Below, in pieces: positions 61,573-64,000 of a stretch of 64,000 bases of DNA. The translations under genes and the position numbers were made by a program. The stretch is taken from contig NC_043007.1 in the NCBI RefSeq assembly GCF_006345805.1, positions 73,780,001-73,844,000 of the forward strand. Direction: 5' to 3'. The DNA is from Octopus sinensis. Its lineage: Eukaryota. Under the pieces are notes generated by a model that had not been told where the DNA came from, made no database searches, and saw only the letters and a program-made list of their open reading frames with translations. Position 1 is the stretch's first letter, and every line of letters begins with the position of its first letter.

Positions 61573-64000
61573 CATTGTTAGTAAATCATAATTCTGAAAG
61601 ATAAGTACATTCAAACTTTTATAGCAGTAGAGTAATTAGGAAGTCCTGACACCCACAAGCCAAACAGGTCAGTTACGGATAGTGGTCTAAGAGAGAGACA
61701 ATCCCTTGCATTCAGCCTTTCTCCTTTGTCAGTGTGTTCAACAATTAGCCACAAGGTCTTTTCTCCCTCCACTTTGAAGAGACATTATAGGCCACTGGCC
61801 ATTAGGGTCTGAAGCGACACTGTAAAGTTAAGTGCTTTATGGACGTAAAACTCAGGGAAACTCCCTTAGACTAGCCATAAATATCTTTATCTAATTATAT
61901 ATAGTGTGTGTACCTGACTCCTTGATGCTCTTCTAGCTATTTCATGTTTTTCTCTACCATTGATTTTCAGCCTGTCTCTTAGTTGTACTGCTTCTGTTTA
62001 CAATATTGATTTAACATCACATCACTTGATATCTTTTATTTAAATGAGAAACTAAAGATGTCACAGGATGTTTTTAAATATTCATGTTTGTCATTGGTAT
62101 TTGTGGCCGGACAGGAAATTAGCTATGTTAATATCACCTCAGATCACATCATCATCATCTTCATCAGCATCACCATCAATCATCGTCATAAAAATGTCAA
62201 CTTTTCCATGTTTGCATAGGTCTGACAGAATTCATTGAGGCAGATTTTCTACAGCCAACTGCCCTTTCTGTCACCAACCTTCACCTGTCTCCAAGCAAGG
62301 TAATATTTCCCCATCACTGGACATGTTTTCATGGAAGATTGAAAATGGACACCACTTGCATGACAGTTTACAACTGTCACGTCATGTCAAGACAAGTAAA
62401 CGGTAACAAACATGCTCACACATTCATATATTATTATTGCCATCAAAATACAAGACTAAATACTGCAACAGCTTGAGTTTCAAGGGTCCACAGCTCTTCA
62501 ATATCCTTCCAAAATGCCTCAGAGACCTGCCTGGTGTGAATGTAGGTCTCTTCAAAACAAAACTGGATCTCCTCCTGTCAAGGGTTCCAGATGAGCTTAT
62601 TTAACAGCAGGAAATACAGATGATGGCTGCAGCATGTATTTAGTAAATAGAATTATAAGCTTCGACTGTATACTGACTATAGAAAATAGACTAATATTAG
62701 GGCATATAAACCCCCATAATAGAACAAAAATGGGCATTTCTCTTATGGGCATTAAACTATTTTCTATAGTCAGTATGCAGTGAAAGCTTATAATTATATT
62801 TACTAAATCTTCACTCACTACCATTTTCTAATTCATGCATAATTTGCACATGTTTATATGTATACATATATGTATTTGTAACATCATGCAGAAAATGATA
62901 GTATCACCATCATACAAGAAGCACCCTTTGTTTCCATTCTTCCATGTAAACATATTTGGCCATGGGGAAATATTACCTTGCTTGGAAGCATGAGTAGGTT
63001 GTTAACAGGAAGAGCCTCCAGCAGTAGAAAATCTTCCTTGAGGAATTTCGTTTGACCCATGCAAGCATGCACAAGTGGATGTAAAACGATGATGATGGTA
63101 ATGATGGTAATCACTAGAAGAATATTTTAAACCTTATCTTTCAAATACAAATTGTCAAGCAATTTCTTGTATGAAATTCAGCCAGTTGTAAATTGCTTCT
63201 TTATCTTAATTTTTGTTGCAATAACAGCAGAAATTCTTAAAATGGTAATTTTGCTGAGAAAATGAGTTACCTTTTTTTTTTCTTCTTTTGTTTCCTTCTT
63301 TTTATTATCCTTAAAGTTTGAGTGGAAACAAAGTGATTTTTTTTGCTTTTGATTCCTTTTGTAACCAGTTTGTTTCTGAGCTGATTTGTACTTTGTTGTT
63401 CATTCAATGAAGCATGCTTTCTTCATTTCTTTGTAGTCTTTGCAGATTCTCTGCATTCAAGGTTCCTGTCACACTGAAATGCTGTGAGACGGACCTGGAT
63501 ATGGGCACTAACTTAAACAAACATATAGTGATGGGGGAAATATTTGCATTCTGAAATATAGTTCTCAATGAATATTTAATATTAGGAACTATTCACACAA
63601 TAATGGAACTACATTTATTAATAAGATTATGAATGTTCTGATATTCATTTTATTGTGGCTGATTTCATCTCCAAGGGTTGTCAGGCATCTTATTCCTGGT
63701 TATACACATAGTAAACCTGACACCTGCCTTCAAGAAAAATGAACATTAAATAATAATGATGATGATGATGATGATGAGTAATTTATTGACAACCGCTTAT
63801 TTCAAACATTTAGACATTTGCATTCATGAATTTTATTTTATTTTTAAGGGATTGCTGGATTTGAAATAGAAACAAAACAATAAATTATTGTCAAAGCTCG
63901 GTAATGCTCAACAGAAATAATTGAAAAGGAATGGAATTTTACCGTTTTTTTCGTATGGAAATCCCTATCCTTCAAAACAAGGTAGTGGGCTTTGAAATTA

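Noticed and set aside
63390-63500. Possible exon after TTCTTTGTAG/TTTGCAG acceptors
   Set aside because: No donor or open frame; the antisense reads NAENLQRLQRNEESML, more like a decayed RTE piece.

Overview
Eukaryotic, AT-rich, very repeat-dense DNA, most likely from an octopus or other coleoid cephalopod (inferred from the SINE families, CA/TA microsatellite load and TE mix). There are no prokaryotic features, no CRISPR array and no intact host CDS. Most long ORFs in the track are microsatellite read-throughs. The window is a mosaic of: four tRNA-headed SINE families; R4/Dong-like, RTE and CR1 LINE fragments; a broken Penelope-like element (RT + GIY-YIG); a rearranged Gypsy LTR element with both LTRs, a tRNA-Trp PBS and a TSD; a solo LTR; Tigger/pogo, maT-like and mariner relics; Helitron relics with internal tandem arrays; MITEs with 8-bp TSDs; two 5S rRNA copies; and one 100-N gap. 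The most notable signals are: (1) eight hammerhead-ribozyme-like motifs in Penelope-type termini, including a non-coding element that joins a tRNA-like Pol III head to a hammerhead and is capped by an inverted copy of its own tail (49589-49947); (2) two 5S rRNA copies, each directly followed by the same SINE family in the same orientation; (3) a SINE whose 3' tail matches a CR1 LINE 3' end in the window; (4) a candidate host promoter and first exons near 42.5-43.5 kb, followed by a shift to CpG-decayed sequence. All alignments, folds and coordinates were read by eye; boundaries may be off by several bp.
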